From assembly GCA_026391515.1 (NCBI GenBank), contig JAPLEC010000447.1, positions 1 through 48,120 on the forward strand: a stretch of 48,120 bases of DNA, written 5' to 3'. The translations under genes and the position numbers were made by a program. The DNA is from Bacteroidia bacterium. Lineage in GTDB: Bacteria > Bacteroidota > Bacteroidia > Bacteroidales > VadinHA17. A model generated the notes under the pieces. It ran no database searches. It worked only from the letters and a program-made list of their open reading frames with translations, and had not been told where the DNA came from. Positions 1 through 11,094 of this stretch are shown piece after piece. Each line of letters begins with the position of its first letter. Position 1 is the stretch's first letter.

Positions 1-39
1 ACGATTGAAGTGATCAGGGCTGACCTTCAGAAGAAGCAG

Positions 40-1590
40 TTAGATTACAGGCTGGTGTAGGTTTTCCACCTGATCTTCCTTTATTATCCTCAGCAGTTCC
101 TCCACCGCATTTTCTTCCGGCACATTCTTCTTCACAGGCACCATTCCCCTGTAAATATGCACCTTGCCTTCACCTGCTCCGATATAACCGTAGTCTGCAC
201 CTGCCATCTCCCCGGGACCGTTTACAATACATCCCATAATGGCAATTTTTAATCCGGTAAGATGTCCGGTTGCAGCTTTAACTTTTTTTACGGCATCCTG
301 CAGATTGAATTTAGTACGTCCGCAGGTAGGGCAGGAGATGTAACGGTTGCGTGTTATCCTTGCTTCAGTTGCCTGCAAAATAGAAAATGAAAGTTCTTTC
401 AGTTTTTCTCCCTGGACCTTTCCACTGTTGGTAATACAAATTCCATCTGCCTGCTTTAAAATGAAATAACGCCCGAGCAAGGCAGCAGCATCAATGGTAA
501 GCTTTTCAGGATCATCTTCCTCAAAAACAGGATTAAGAAAAGTTTTTTTCTGAGATTTTTCTGATAGAAATGGCGGGGTTTTGTAGCTGAAAATGAGCAT
601 TTCACCCTTGAATGGCTTATCGTTTTCTGTCAGGTATTTGCCATTTTTATAAATTATGACTTCAGGTTTATACGATAAATCTCTGGTATTGAATTTTTGA
701 GAATCCACAGCTCTTATTATGCGATCTTTTGATCCACCAAGGAAACGAACTATCTCTTTTGCAACAGGAATCTCACGTTCAGGATCTTCTGTCAGAGAAA
801 CTCTTACACTGTCTCCGATCCCTTCCGAAAGAAGTGCTCCGATTCCAGCCGCTGATCTTACCCTTCCATCTTCACCTTCTCCTGCTTCGGTTACACCCAG
901 ATGTATCGGATAGGCAACTCCCTCTTCCAGCATCTTCTTAACCAGCAATCTGTTAGATTCAAGAACTATAACAGTATCAGAAGATTTCATCGACAAAACC
1001 AGGTCATTGAAATTTTCAGACCGGAATATTTGTACAAATTCCATTGCCGATTGAACCATACCTTCAGGAGTATTTCCATAGCGTGTCATAATCCGGTCAG
1101 ACAATGAGCCGTGATTAATACCAATCCTGATAACTGTTTTATTCTCCCTGCAAATATTTATAAGCGGTAAAAGCCGTTCATGGATCCTTGCCAGTTCTTC
1201 ATTATATTCTTTATCGGAAAGCTCTGTTTTAATGAATGAAGCCCTTTTATCAGCATAATTTCCGGGATTGATCCTTACTTTTTCGACGATGCGTGCTGCA
1301 ATCTCTGCAGCAGCAGGATTGAAATGAATGTCAGCAATTAACGGAGTGTCGAAACCAGAGTGTTGCAGCTCTTTTTTGATTTTTGCCAGGTTCTCTACTT
1401 CCCTGACTCCCTGTGCTGTCAGTCGTACAAAATCCGCACCGGCTTCGATAATTCTGATACATTGAGCAACGGATGCACGCGTGTCAAGCGTGTCAGTATT
1501 TGTCATCGATTGAATACGAATGGGATAAGCACCTCCCAGTGCGACCGGCCCAATTAATATAGGTGTGGAAATATATTTTTTTAGATTCAT
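40..1590 (-). CDS. ispG: 4-hydroxy-3-methylbut-2-enyl diphosphate synthase (IspG/GcpE), long form with internal insert domain
   Basis: 516-aa ORF. N-terminal TIM-barrel signatures (RIQSMTNTDT, RLTAQG, ADIHFNP, RINPGN). C-terminal Fe-S ligands (SCPTCGRT ... GCIVNGPGE). Roughly 150 extra residues lie between the two domains, as in the Bacteroidota/Chlamydia/plant-type enzyme. Confidence 0.93.
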   Translation of the reverse strand: MNLKKYISTPILIGPVALGGAYPIRIQSMTNTDTLDTRASVAQCIRIIEAGADFVRLTAQGVREVENLAKIKKELQHSGFDTPLIADIHFNPAAAEIAARIVEKVRINPGNYADKRASFIKTELSDKEYNEELARIHERLLPLINICRENKTVIRIGINHGSLSDRIMTRYGNTPEGMVQSAMEFVQIFRSENFNDLVLSMKSSDTVIVLESNRLLVKKMLEEGVAYPIHLGVTEAGEGEDGRVRSAAGIGALLSEGIGDSVRVSLTEDPEREIPVAKEIVRFLGGSKDRIIRAVDSQKFNTRDLSYKPEVIIYKNGKYLTENDKPFKGEMLIFSYKTPPFLSEKSQKKTFLNPVFEEDDPEKLTIDAAALLGRYFILKQADGICITNSGKVQGEKLKELSFSILQATEARITRNRYISCPTCGRTKFNLQDAVKKVKAATGHLTGLKIAIMGCIVNGPGEMAGADYGYIGAGEGKVHIYRGMVPVKKNVPEENAVEELLRIIKEDQVENLHQPVI

Positions 1591-1673
1591 ATTCGTCTCC
1601 CTCTCTCGCCCTCTCGCCCTTTCGTCATTCCGCTGTCGCGGAACTTCGTCGCTGCGCTCCTTGTCTCGCTATC
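1591..1673. repeat. GC-rich low-complexity intergenic element (tandem CTCTCGCC x2 plus ttccgc/gcggaa hairpin flanked by TTCGTC direct repeats)
   Basis: Seen directly: ctctcgcc at 1603-1610 and 1611-1618; hairpin 1628-1643 (ttccgc tgtc gcggaa); ttcgtc at 1621-1626 and 1645-1650. The composition is far more GC-rich than the flanking genes. Confidence 0.6.
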
Positions 1674-3143
1674 TCACTCCCGCTCCCATTCCGCCCCATC
1701 CTTCAGATCTTTCAGAATTATTCCTGCATTTTTAAGCTCCTCCCTGATTTTGTCTGAAGCTGCCCATTCCTTCTTGTTTTTTGCGTCCTGACGCAGATCA
1801 ATAATAATCTTCATCAGATCATCTGTGAGCTTCTCATCACATCTTCCTGCAGTCTCATCTTTCAATCCAAGGATATCGAACACAAACACATTAAAAAGAC
1901 TCTTTAAAGATTCAAGATCATTACTGCTCAGCTTTTCGGTTCCATCGCTTACCGAATTGATATATTTCACTCCTTCAAACAGATACGACAACAATACAGA
2001 GCTGCTAAGGTCGTCATCCATTGCTTCATAGCAATTTTTTCTCAGCGATGATATATCAATTGAAGAAGCCAGGGACGGTTTAAGTTTATCAAGAGTCTCT
2101 GTAGCCTTCATCAGTTTCTGAAATCCTTTTTCCGCAGCCTGAAGAGCTTCATTTGAAAAATCTATTGTGCTCCGATAATGAGCCTGCAGAAGGAAAAATC
2201 TGATAGTCATCGGACTGTATGCCTGTTTCAGTAAAGGATGATCACCGCTGAAAAATTGTTCAAGAGTGATAAAATTCCCCAGCGAACGGGCCATCTTCTG
2301 GCCATTAATTGTGATCATATTATTATGCATCCAGTACCTGACAGACTCTTTGCCTTTGGCAGCTGTCGATTGTGCTATCTCACATTCATGGTGAGGGAAC
2401 AGAAGATCCATTCCGCCTCCGTGGATATCAAAAACTTCTCCGAGATATTTTGTGCTCATTGCAGAACACTCAAGATGCCATCCCGGAGATCCTTCGCTCC
2501 ATGGCGATGACCAGCGCATCAGGTGTTCAGGTGTAGCCTTTTTCCAGAGAGCAAAATCGAAAGGATTCCGTTTTTCTTCCTGCCCTTCAAGCGTTCGTGT
2601 ATTAGCCTGAAGCTCTTCAAGAACTCTTCCTGACAGCTTCCCGTATTTAAATTTTTTACTGTACTTCAACACATCAAAATAGACTGATCCATTAACTTCA
2701 TAAGCATATCCTTTTTCCAGGATCTCACGAATAAGTTCCTGTTGTTCAATGATATGTCCTGACGCTCTTGGCTCAATTGAAGGGTGAAGCGTATTTAGCT
2801 CTTCCATGTTTTTCTGGAAGCTGTTAATGTATTTCTGTACCACTTCCATAGGTTCAAGATGCTCAAGCCGCGCTTTCTTTTCAATCTTATCCTCCCCCTC
2901 ATCAGCATCGTTTTCAAGATGACCGACATCTGTTATATTACGTACATACCGCACTTTATATTCAAGATGGGTAAGATACCTGTAAAGCATGTCGAAAGTC
3001 ACGGCAGGACGTGCATGTCCGAGATGCGGATCGCTGTAAACCGTAGGGCCGCAAACATAGAGTCCCACAAATGGCGGATGAAGCGGTTTGAAAGGTTCCT
3101 TCTTGCGGGTGAGACTATTATAAATAGTGAAGTTGTTATCCAT
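1674..3143 (-). CDS. cysS: cysteine--tRNA ligase
   Basis: 489-aa ORF. Class I HIGH motif (PHLGHARP), KMSKS-type motif (KMARSLGN), typical N-terminus ([12 protein letters not shown] ... YVCGPTVY) and WHLECSAM zinc/cysteine-site region. Confidence 0.95.
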   Translation of the reverse strand: MDNNFTIYNSLTRKKEPFKPLHPPFVGLYVCGPTVYSDPHLGHARPAVTFDMLYRYLTHLEYKVRYVRNITDVGHLENDADEGEDKIEKKARLEHLEPMEVVQKYINSFQKNMEELNTLHPSIEPRASGHIIEQQELIREILEKGYAYEVNGSVYFDVLKYSKKFKYGKLSGRVLEELQANTRTLEGQEEKRNPFDFALWKKATPEHLMRWSSPWSEGSPGWHLECSAMSTKYLGEVFDIHGGGMDLLFPHHECEIAQSTAAKGKESVRYWMHNNMITINGQKMARSLGNFITLEQFFSGDHPLLKQAYSPMTIRFFLLQAHYRSTIDFSNEALQAAEKGFQKLMKATETLDKLKPSLASSIDISSLRKNCYEAMDDDLSSSVLLSYLFEGVKYINSVSDGTEKLSSNDLESLKSLFNVFVFDILGLKDETAGRCDEKLTDDLMKIIIDLRQDAKNKKEWAASDKIREELKNAGIILKDLKDGAEWERE

Positions 3144-3188
3144 GAGAAAAATTATTATGTAACAAAATTAACTTAAATAATGATTTTT

Positions 3189-3297
3189 TTAACCACAAAG
3201 AGCACAAAGGATATCACAAAGGGCACTAAGGCATCTCAATCAGAAGATGTTTTTCCTTTGTGTTCCTTCGTGTGTACTTTGAGTCCTTTGTGGTTAA
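3189..3297. repeat. Imperfect inverted repeat built from CACAAAGG words (full two-arm copy)
   Basis: Left arm is ttaaccacaaagagcacaaaggatatcacaaagggcactaagg. Right arm is cctttgtgttccttcgtgtgtactttgagtcctttgtggttaa. The termini ttaaccacaaag / ctttgtggttaa are exact reverse complements. The right arm is homologous to 21396-21450 and 14754-14785. Confidence 0.8.
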
Positions 3298-3310
3298 ATG
3301 GATTTCATTT

Positions 3311-3341
3311 TTTGTATTTCAAAAAAACATTTATACATTTG
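3311..3341 (+). promoter_or_regulatory. Candidate Bacteroidota sigma-A promoter (-33 TTTG / -7 TAnnTTTG) for the riboswitch-led met operon
   Basis: TTTG at 3311-3314 and TAcaTTTG at 3334-3341, separated by a 19-nt spacer. The -7 box ends about 45 nt upstream of the riboswitch P1 stem. Confidence 0.5.
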
Positions 3342-3385
3342 CATTCACAAATCAAATATTCCTACCATTTAAGGGTGTTTGGTTT

Positions 3386-3494
3386 TTATTAAGAAGGGCG
3401 GAGAGATTAGGCTCTGCGAAACCCTGGCAACCAATCCGCCAACTGGCGGAGAACGGTGCCAAAACCTAATCCCGGGAAAGCCGGGAGATAATAA
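3386..3494 (+). promoter_or_regulatory. SAM-I (S-box) riboswitch aptamer
   Basis: P1 is ttatta (3386-3391) paired with taataa (3489-3494). Conserved core strings are in the right order: AGAAGGGCGGAGAGA, GGCTCTGCGAAACCCTGGCAACC, a P3 hairpin (tccgcc aact ggcgga), CGGTGCCAAAACC, and a P4 hairpin (cccgg gaaag ccggg) followed by AGATAATAA. This matches the remembered yitJ-type consensus nearly position for position. It lies upstream of methionine genes. Confidence 0.9.
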
Positions 3495-3590
3495 AAATAA
3501 AACACGGAAACCATGAAGTCATTTCATCTGTCCCGAAAAAATCTGACCATGCCGCTCATGCCTATGGACATGTGTTGCCAGAGTTACTGA

Positions 3591-4993
<1,403 letters not shown>

Positions 4994-4994
<1 letters not shown>

Positions 4995-6013
4995 TGAAGA
5001 CACTAAAATATAATCAGCCATTTACAACCGAAACAGGAACGATTTTTCCTGCAATCGATATAGCATATGATACCTGGGGAAAACTGAATTCTTCTGCAGA
5101 TAATGTCATCTGGGTCTGTCATGCACTTACAGCCAACTCTGATGTGGAATCGTGGTGGCCCGGAATGGTTGGGGAAGGATTACTTTTTGATCCGGAGAAA
5201 TATTTCATAGTCTGTGCAAATATCCTGGGTTCATGTTATGGAACTACTGGTCCGGCTTCAGTAAATCCGGAGACAGGCAAACCCTGGCTTCGTGATTTCC
5301 CGCTGATAACTTTCCGCGACCTTGTCAATGTTCATGAAATACTCCGGAATCACCTTGGAATAAGGGGAATACATTCAATAATCGGTTCATCGATAGGCGG
5401 TTATCAGGCACTTGAATATTGCATAATGCAGCCCGATATCATTCAACGTCTTATTCTTATAGCATCGAACGCAAAACAATCACCATGGGCAATTGCTTTC
5501 AATGAATCTCAGCGGCTTGCTTTGGAAACCGATCAGTCGTTTGTAGCAAATGATCCTGAAGGAGGGAAAAAAGGGATGAAAGCTGCTCGTTCAATAGGTC
5601 TTATCAGTTATAGAACAAGCACAGCTTATAACCTTACTCAAAAAGAAGATGATGAGGAGAAGATAACATCATTCAAAGCTTCTTCATACCAGGCATATCA
5701 GGGCGATAAGCTTGTTAAAAGATTTAATCCTTATTCATACTGGTCTTTACTTCAATTAGCAGATACTCATAATGTTGGAAGAGGCAGAGATGGTGTTATA
5801 AATGCACTGAAAGAAATTAAATCAAAAACTCTTTGTGTCGGAATAAAATCTGATATTCTTTATCCGGTTGATGAACAAAAATTTGTAGCTGCAAATATTA
5901 CCAATGCAGAATTTGTTGAAATAGATTCATTTTATGGACATGACGGTTTCCTGATAGAAACAAAAATTGTTACAGATGTCATCAGGAAATTCTGGGAAAA
6001 AACTTCAAACTAA
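4994..6013 (+). CDS. metX: homoserine O-acetyltransferase
   Basis: 339-aa alpha/beta hydrolase. Nucleophile elbow GSSIGG, catalytic His context YGHDGFL, family-typical CHALTANSDV and ILGSCYGTTGP. The start overlaps the metY stop by 1 nt (TGATG). Confidence 0.9.
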
Positions 6014-6018
6014 AAAAA

Positions 6019-7221
6019 ATGACAAGAGAAAAATTACGAATAGGGATGTTCGGCTACGGATGCGTAGGTCAGGGATTGCACGATGTGCTGAACAGCAGCA
6101 AAGGCTTCAAAGCCGATATTGTCAGGATCTGTGTAAAGAACCGTGAGAAAAAGAGAAGGATACCAATGTCGAATTTCACTTTTGAAAAAGATGATATACT
6201 GAACGATCCTTCAATCAATCTCGTTGTCGAGCTTATTGATGATGCTGATGCGGCATTCGATATTGTTACGACTGCAATGAAAAAAGGTAAAAATGTGGTT
6301 ACTGCCAATAAAGTGATGGTGGCAAATCACTTTAAAGAGCTTGTTGATATGCAGGGAAAATATAATGTTTCACTGTTATATGAAGCTTCAGCGGGTGCTA
6401 GTATTCCTATCATAAGAAACCTTGAGGAATATTATGATAATGAGTTGCTTTACTCATTAAGGGGAATACTGAATGGTACGACAAATTATGTTCTGACGCT
6501 GATGCATAACCAGGGAACTGATTATGCCGCTGCTTTAAATGAAGCCAGGGAAAAAGGTTTTGCTGAATCAGATCCGGCACTCGATGTGGAAGGCTGGGAT
6601 GCAAAATTCAAGTTATGCATTATTACCGGCCATGCCTATGGCCTTTTTCTTGAACCAAAAGAAGTGTTTCATTACGGCATAAACACCATTTCAAAGTTTG
6701 ATATTCAGTACGCAAAAGAGAAAGGATTTAAGATAAAGCTTGTTCCATATGTAGGAAAGACAAACGAGAATACTATTACAAGCTTTGTGCTTCCACGATT
6801 CATTTCTTCTGACAAATATTTGTATAATGTTGATAATGAATATAATGGAATAATTACTGAAGCAGCATTTGCCGATAAGCAGTTCTTCTCGGGAAAAGGT
6901 GCAGGAGGTCATGCAACAGGAAGCGCCGTGCTCTCCGACATCTCTGCCAATTCCTATGGTTATAAATATGAATATAAAAAATACCAGCAGGGAACAGTCT
7001 CAAATTATACACGCGATTACAAGCTTGAAATTTACCTTCGATATAAAAATGAAAAAGACAGGAATTTATTTGGATTTGAGGAAGTGTCGGAATATTTTAG
7101 CGGCAGATTGTATAAATATGCAATAGGAATAGTAAATCTTCAGAGATTGTATGCCTTGAGAAAACAACTTCCGGGCATGGATGTTTTTATTGTGAATACA
7201 GGGAGGAAGGGGATAAACTAA
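6019..7221 (+). CDS. hom: homoserine dehydrogenase
   Basis: 400-aa ORF. N-terminal NAD(P) fold GYGCVGQG, catalytic-domain motifs YEASAGASIPII, LNGTTNY, GFAESDPALDVEGWDA. Confidence 0.85.
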   Translation: MTREKLRIGMFGYGCVGQGLHDVLNSSKGFKADIVRICVKNREKKRRIPMSNFTFEKDDILNDPSINLVVELIDDADAAFDIVTTAMKKGKNVVTANKVMVANHFKELVDMQGKYNVSLLYEASAGASIPIIRNLEEYYDNELLYSLRGILNGTTNYVLTLMHNQGTDYAAALNEAREKGFAESDPALDVEGWDAKFKLCIITGHAYGLFLEPKEVFHYGINTISKFDIQYAKEKGFKIKLVPYVGKTNENTITSFVLPRFISSDKYLYNVDNEYNGIITEAAFADKQFFSGKGAGGHATGSAVLSDISANSYGYKYEYKKYQQGTVSNYTRDYKLEIYLRYKNEKDRNLFGFEEVSEYFSGRLYKYAIGIVNLQRLYALRKQLPGMDVFIVNTGRKGIN

Positions 7222-7224
7222 ACC

Positions 7225-7296
7225 GCCCCCCTGCCCCCCTAAAGGGGGGTTAATTCTGTGAACTGTTTTAGCCCCCCTTCAAGGGTGGTGGGGGGC
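7225..7296. repeat. Pair of poly-C/poly-G hairpins between hom and metH
   Basis: cccccc taaa gggggg (7235-7250) and gcccccc ttcaagggtggt ggggggc (7271-7296), seen directly. Strongly GC-rich against an AT-rich background. Confidence 0.75.
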
Positions 7297-7361
7297 CGAT
7301 ACAACAGAGATGGAAGAAATTTACATGATGTAACTAAAAGTAAATTAATTAATTACAACCT

Positions 7362-10300
7362 ATGAACTCTTCACTCGAAGATATTATACAAAGAAAGATC
7401 CTGGTTCTAGATGGTGCAATGGGAACCATGATACAAAAACATAAGCTGCAGGAAGAAGATTATCGCGGCAAAAAATTCCGCGATCATCCAAAGCCGCAGA
7501 AGGGCAACAATGACCTTTTATCCCTGACTAATCCTGAAATAATCAGGAATATTCATAAGGGCTATCTTGAAGCCGGTGCAGATATCATTACTACCAATAC
7601 TTTTAATGCAAACAAAATATCCATGTCCGATTACGGCATGGAAGACCAGGTTTATAATATGAATTTTCAGTCTGCACAGCTTGTAAAAGAGGCAATATGT
7701 AAGTTTGAAAATTCAAAGGAACCCCTCGAACATTTTATCTTAGGCACACTCGGTCCCACAAACCGAACAGCTTCAATGTCGTCGGATGTAAATGATCCCG
7801 GGGCACGATCAGTTACTTTTGATGCTCTGGTTGATGCATATTCTGAACAAGCCAGAGGGCTCATTGATGGCGGTGTTCATATTCTACTTGTCGAAACAAT
7901 TTTTGATGTACTGAACTGTAAAGCAGCACTTTATGCGATTGATACAGTTTTTGAAGAAAAAGGCATCAGGCTTCCTGTTATGGTTTCTGTAACAATTACA
8001 GATGCTAGCGGAAGAACTTTGACAGGGCAAACCCTTGAAGCATTTCTGATTTCAGTTTCACATTTTCCGCTCTTTAGTGTTGGTCTTAACTGTGCTCTTG
8101 GTGCTGAACAGCTCAGGCCTTTTGTTGAGGAGCTCTCTACAAAATCGCCATTTTATGTATCAGCTCATCCGAATGCCGGACTTCCAAATCAGTTTGGCGA
8201 ATATGATCAGTCTCCGGAATTTATGGCCTCAATTACTGAGGATTTTTTGAAAGAAGGATGGGTGAATATTATTGGCGGCTGCTGCGGAACAACTCCCCAG
8301 CATATCTCTAAAATAGCTGAGGCGTCAAAAAAATATAAGCCACGGACAAAACCGGTAATTATTAAATATACCAGGCTCAGCGGTCTGGAAGCATTGATCA
8401 TAACCCCTGAAACAAACTTTGTAAATATTGGTGAACGTACCAATGTCTCAGGATCTTTAAAATTTGCAAGGCTCATCAAAGAAGAAAAATACGGGGAAGC
8501 TCTTGCTATTGCACGAAACCAGGTAGAAGGAGGAGCACAGGTTATCGATATCTGCATGGACGAAGCAATGCTTGATTCGGAAAAAGCTATGGTGAAATTT
8601 GTAAATCTCATTATGGCAGAGCCGGATATTGCAAAACTGCCACTGATGATAGATTCATCACGATGGAATGTAATTGAATCAGCACTGAAATGCATTCAGG
8701 GGAAATCGGTTGTTAACTCTATAAGTCTGAAAGAGGGTGAAGAAGTTTTTCTCAATCATGCCCGCCTGATAAGGAAATATGGCGCTGCAGCTGTCGTAAT
8801 GCTCTTTGATGAAAAAGGTCAGGCAGATACTTATGAAAGAAGAATTGAAGTTGCGAAAAGATCATATAAACTTTTAACTGAAAAAATTGGATTCCCCCCT
8901 GAAGACATTGTATTTGATCCTAATGTCCTTGCAATTGCGACAGGTATAGAGGAGCACAATAATTATGCAGTAAATTTTATCAGGACAACGGAATGGATTA
9001 AGAAAAATCTGCCTCTTGCAAAAGTGAGCGGAGGCGTAAGCAACCTTTCATTTTCATTCAGGGGAATCGATAAGGTGCGCGAAGCAATGCACTCAGTATT
9101 CCTGTTTCATGCTATTAAAGCAGGTCTCGATATGGGAATTGTAAATCCAGGTATGTTGCAGGTTTACAGCGAGATACCTGTCGATTTGCTTCAACTGACA
9201 GAAGATGTTGTGCTTAATCGCAGGAAAGATGCAACTGAGCGGCTGGTTAAATTTGCAGAAGGATTGAAGAATGAAGGGAAGAAAGAGGAAAAAAGCGATG
9301 AATGGCGTTCACTGCCAATAGTCGATCGTATTAAACACTCCCTTATCAGAGGTCTTGACGAACATATTGAAAAGGATATTGAAGAGGCACGTTCACTCTA
9401 TTCAAGATCAATTGAACTGATTGAAGGTCCGCTGATGGGAGGGATGAATGAAGTAGGCGACCTTTTTGGTTCAGGAAAAATGTTTCTTCCCCAGGTAGTC
9501 AAAAGCGCCAGAGTGATGAAAAAAGCAGTTTTAAAGCTGGCACCTTATATTGAAAAGGAAAGCGAAGGCGCTGAAAAGAAAATTGCCGCAAAGATCCTTC
9601 TTGCAACCGTGAAAGGCGATGTTCACGATATTGGTAAAAACATTGTCGGAGTTGTGCTGTCGTGCAATAATTATGAGGTGGTTGACCTTGGTGTAATGGT
9701 ATCTTCAGATAAAATAATTGATACCGCTATAAAGGAAAGGGCCGATTTTATTGGACTCAGCGGCTTAATTACACCATCGCTTGAAGAGATGGTACATGTT
9801 GCTTCCGAAATGGAACGAAGGAAATTGACTGTTCCTCTTCTTATCGGCGGAGCGACAACCTCAGAGATTCATGCTGCTGTCAAAATTGCACCCACATATT
9901 CCGGAACCGTTATTCATGTGAAAGACGCCTCAAAAGCAGCTGGTGTATTATCTTCACTTCTTAAAAAAGATAACAGCCAGTTTGTTACTGCAATCGCTGA
10001 AAAATACAGGAAGCTTAAAAGTGATCATGCTTCAAAACAGGGAGGAAGAATACTGATACCATTGACTGAAGCAAGAAATAACAAACTGACAACAGACTGG
10101 AATTCCATAAAGCTTGCAGAACCTGAAAAAGCAGGGTATCATGTGATAAATGATATTGATCTGAAGGAGCTTTCAAAATATATCGACTGGACATTCTTTT
10201 TCTATGCCTGGAAGCTCTCAGGAAAATATCCTTCAATTTTCAATGATCCTGTCAAAGGAAGTGAAGCAAAAAAATTGTATGATGATGCTCAGAAATATCT

Positions 10301-11084
10301 CAACGAAATAATAAACGGGAATCTGATTAAATCAAAAGCGGTTTTTGGAATTTATCCTGCAGTATCTGATGGTGATGATGTAATTGTGGTTACAGAAAAA
10401 CAAAAAAACATCCCCCTTGCCCTCCCGCTTCTCCGCCGGTTGGAGGATACGCGGGACAAGCTCTTCAAAGGGGGAATTAAGAAGAAGAAAACCATCTTCA
10501 GATTTCTCAGGAACCAGGAAAAGAAAGAAAAAGGTGTGCCAAACCTCTCACTTTCTGATTTCATTGCTCCGGAATCGTCCGGACTAACTGATAATATGGG
10601 ATTCTTTGTGGTCACTGCAGATATTGATAATGAGGCAATTAAGAAATATAAAGATGATGATTATGCAACAATAATGATCAGATTATTAAGTGATCGTCTT
10701 GCTGAGGCAGCTGCCGAATGGCTTCATGAAAAAATCAGAAAAGAATACTGGGGTTTTGCAACGGATGAAAATCTTACAGTTGAAGAAATGTTATCAGGAA
10801 AATACAAGGGAATAAGACCTGCTCCCGGCTACCCGGCCTGTCCTGATCATACTGAAAAAAGGATTCTTTTTAGCCTTCTTGATGCAGAGAACGCAATTAG
10901 TGTTGGACTGACAGAAAATTTTGCAATGACACCACCTGCAACAGTCTGCGGTTATATTTTCTCTCATCCTGCTTCATCTTATTTCAATGTCGGGAAAATT
11001 GGCCCTGACCAGCTGAAAGATTATGCCTCAAGAAAGAAAATGTCAATTGAAGAGGCATCAAGATGGCTGGCTCCAAACTTATAA
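7362..11084 (+). CDS. metH: cobalamin-dependent methionine synthase
   Basis: 1240-aa ORF with all four modules: Hcy-binding (GGCCGTTP), pterin-binding, B12-binding ([12 protein letters not shown] ... [10 protein letters not shown]) and AdoMet activation domain ([17 protein letters not shown] ... RWLAPNL). Confidence 0.97.
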   Translation: MNSSLEDIIQRKILVLDGAMGTMIQKHKLQEEDYRGKKFRDHPKPQKGNNDLLSLTNPEIIRNIHKGYLEAGADIITTNTFNANKISMSDYGMEDQVYNMNFQSAQLVKEAICKFENSKEPLEHFILGTLGPTNRTASMSSDVNDPGARSVTFDALVDAYSEQARGLIDGGVHILLVETIFDVLNCKAALYAIDTVFEEKGIRLPVMVSVTITDASGRTLTGQTLEAFLISVSHFPLFSVGLNCALGAEQLRPFVEELSTKSPFYVSAHPNAGLPNQFGEYDQSPEFMASITEDFLKEGWVNIIGGCCGTTPQHISKIAEASKKYKPRTKPVIIKYTRLSGLEALIITPETNFVNIGERTNVSGSLKFARLIKEEKYGEALAIARNQVEGGAQVIDICMDEAMLDSEKAMVKFVNLIMAEPDIAKLPLMIDSSRWNVIESALKCIQGKSVVNSISLKEGEEVFLNHARLIRKYGAAAVVMLFDEKGQADTYERRIEVAKRSYKLLTEKIGFPPEDIVFDPNVLAIATGIEEHNNYAVNFIRTTEWIKKNLPLAKVSGGVSNLSFSFRGIDKVREAMHSVFLFHAIKAGLDMGIVNPGMLQVYSEIPVDLLQLTEDVVLNRRKDATERLVKFAEGLKNEGKKEEKSDEWRSLPIVDRIKHSLIRGLDEHIEKDIEEARSLYSRSIELIEGPLMGGMNEVGDLFGSGKMFLPQVVKSARVMKKAVLKLAPYIEKESEGAEKKIAAKILLATVKGDVHDIGKNIVGVVLSCNNYEVVDLGVMVSSDKIIDTAIKERADFIGLSGLITPSLEEMVHVASEMERRKLTVPLLIGGATTSEIHAAVKIAPTYSGTVIHVKDASKAAGVLSSLLKKDNSQFVTAIAEKYRKLKSDHASKQGGRILIPLTEARNNKLTTDWNSIKLAEPEKAGYHVINDIDLKELSKYIDWTFFFYAWKLSGKYPSIFNDPVKGSEAKKLYDDAQKYLNEIINGNLIKSKAVFGIYPAVSDGDDVIVVTEKQKNIPLALPLLRRLEDTRDKLFKGGIKKKKTIFRFLRNQEKKEKGVPNLSLSDFIAPESSGLTDNMGFFVVTADIDNEAIKKYKDDDYATIMIRLLSDRLAEAAAEWLHEKIRKEYWGFATDENLTVEEMLSGKYKGIRPAPGYPACPDHTEKRILFSLLDAENAISVGLTENFAMTPPATVCGYIFSHPASSYFNVGKIGPDQLKDYASRKKMSIEEASRWLAPNL
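10412..10474. repeat. GC-rich imperfect palindrome lying in frame inside metH
   Basis: The sequence is ccccttgccctcccgcttctccgccggttggaggatacgcgggacaagctcttcaaaggggg. Nested arms are ccccctt/aaggggg, tcccgc/gcggga and ctcc/ggag. Flanking coding sequence is A-rich. Both strands lack stops here, giving spurious ORFs 10352-10615 (-) and 10384-10587 (+). Confidence 0.65.
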
Positions 11085-11094
11085 TGTTTTGATA

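Noticed and set aside
1-60. Plus-strand reading frame open from the window edge to TAG at 58-60 (...TIEVIRADLQKKQLDYRLV), possibly the 3' end of an upstream gene overlapping the ispG stop.
   Set aside because: Only 19 codons are visible and there is no recognisable motif. It cannot be distinguished from chance.
3180-3469. ORFs 3180-3392 (70 aa) and 3260-3469 (69 aa) upstream of metY.
   Set aside because: They are read-throughs of the CACAAAGG palindrome (TKSTKDITKGTKA-type peptide) and of the SAM-I riboswitch. That sequence is better explained as repeat plus RNA element.
7222-7361. Possible cobalamin riboswitch upstream of metH.
   Set aside because: No B12-box-like core was seen, and the region is occupied by simple C-run/G-run hairpins. 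B12 riboswitches normally control metE or transport genes, not metH.
8207-8695. 162-aa minus-strand ORF inside metH. The same applies to similar antisense or out-of-frame ORFs: 4543-4878, 16623-17021, 33265-33696, 37880-38311, 40084-40419 and 47359-47799.
   Set aside because: All are fully embedded in strongly recognisable conserved genes on the other strand or frame. Their translations are low-complexity with no motifs. They are typical shadow ORFs.
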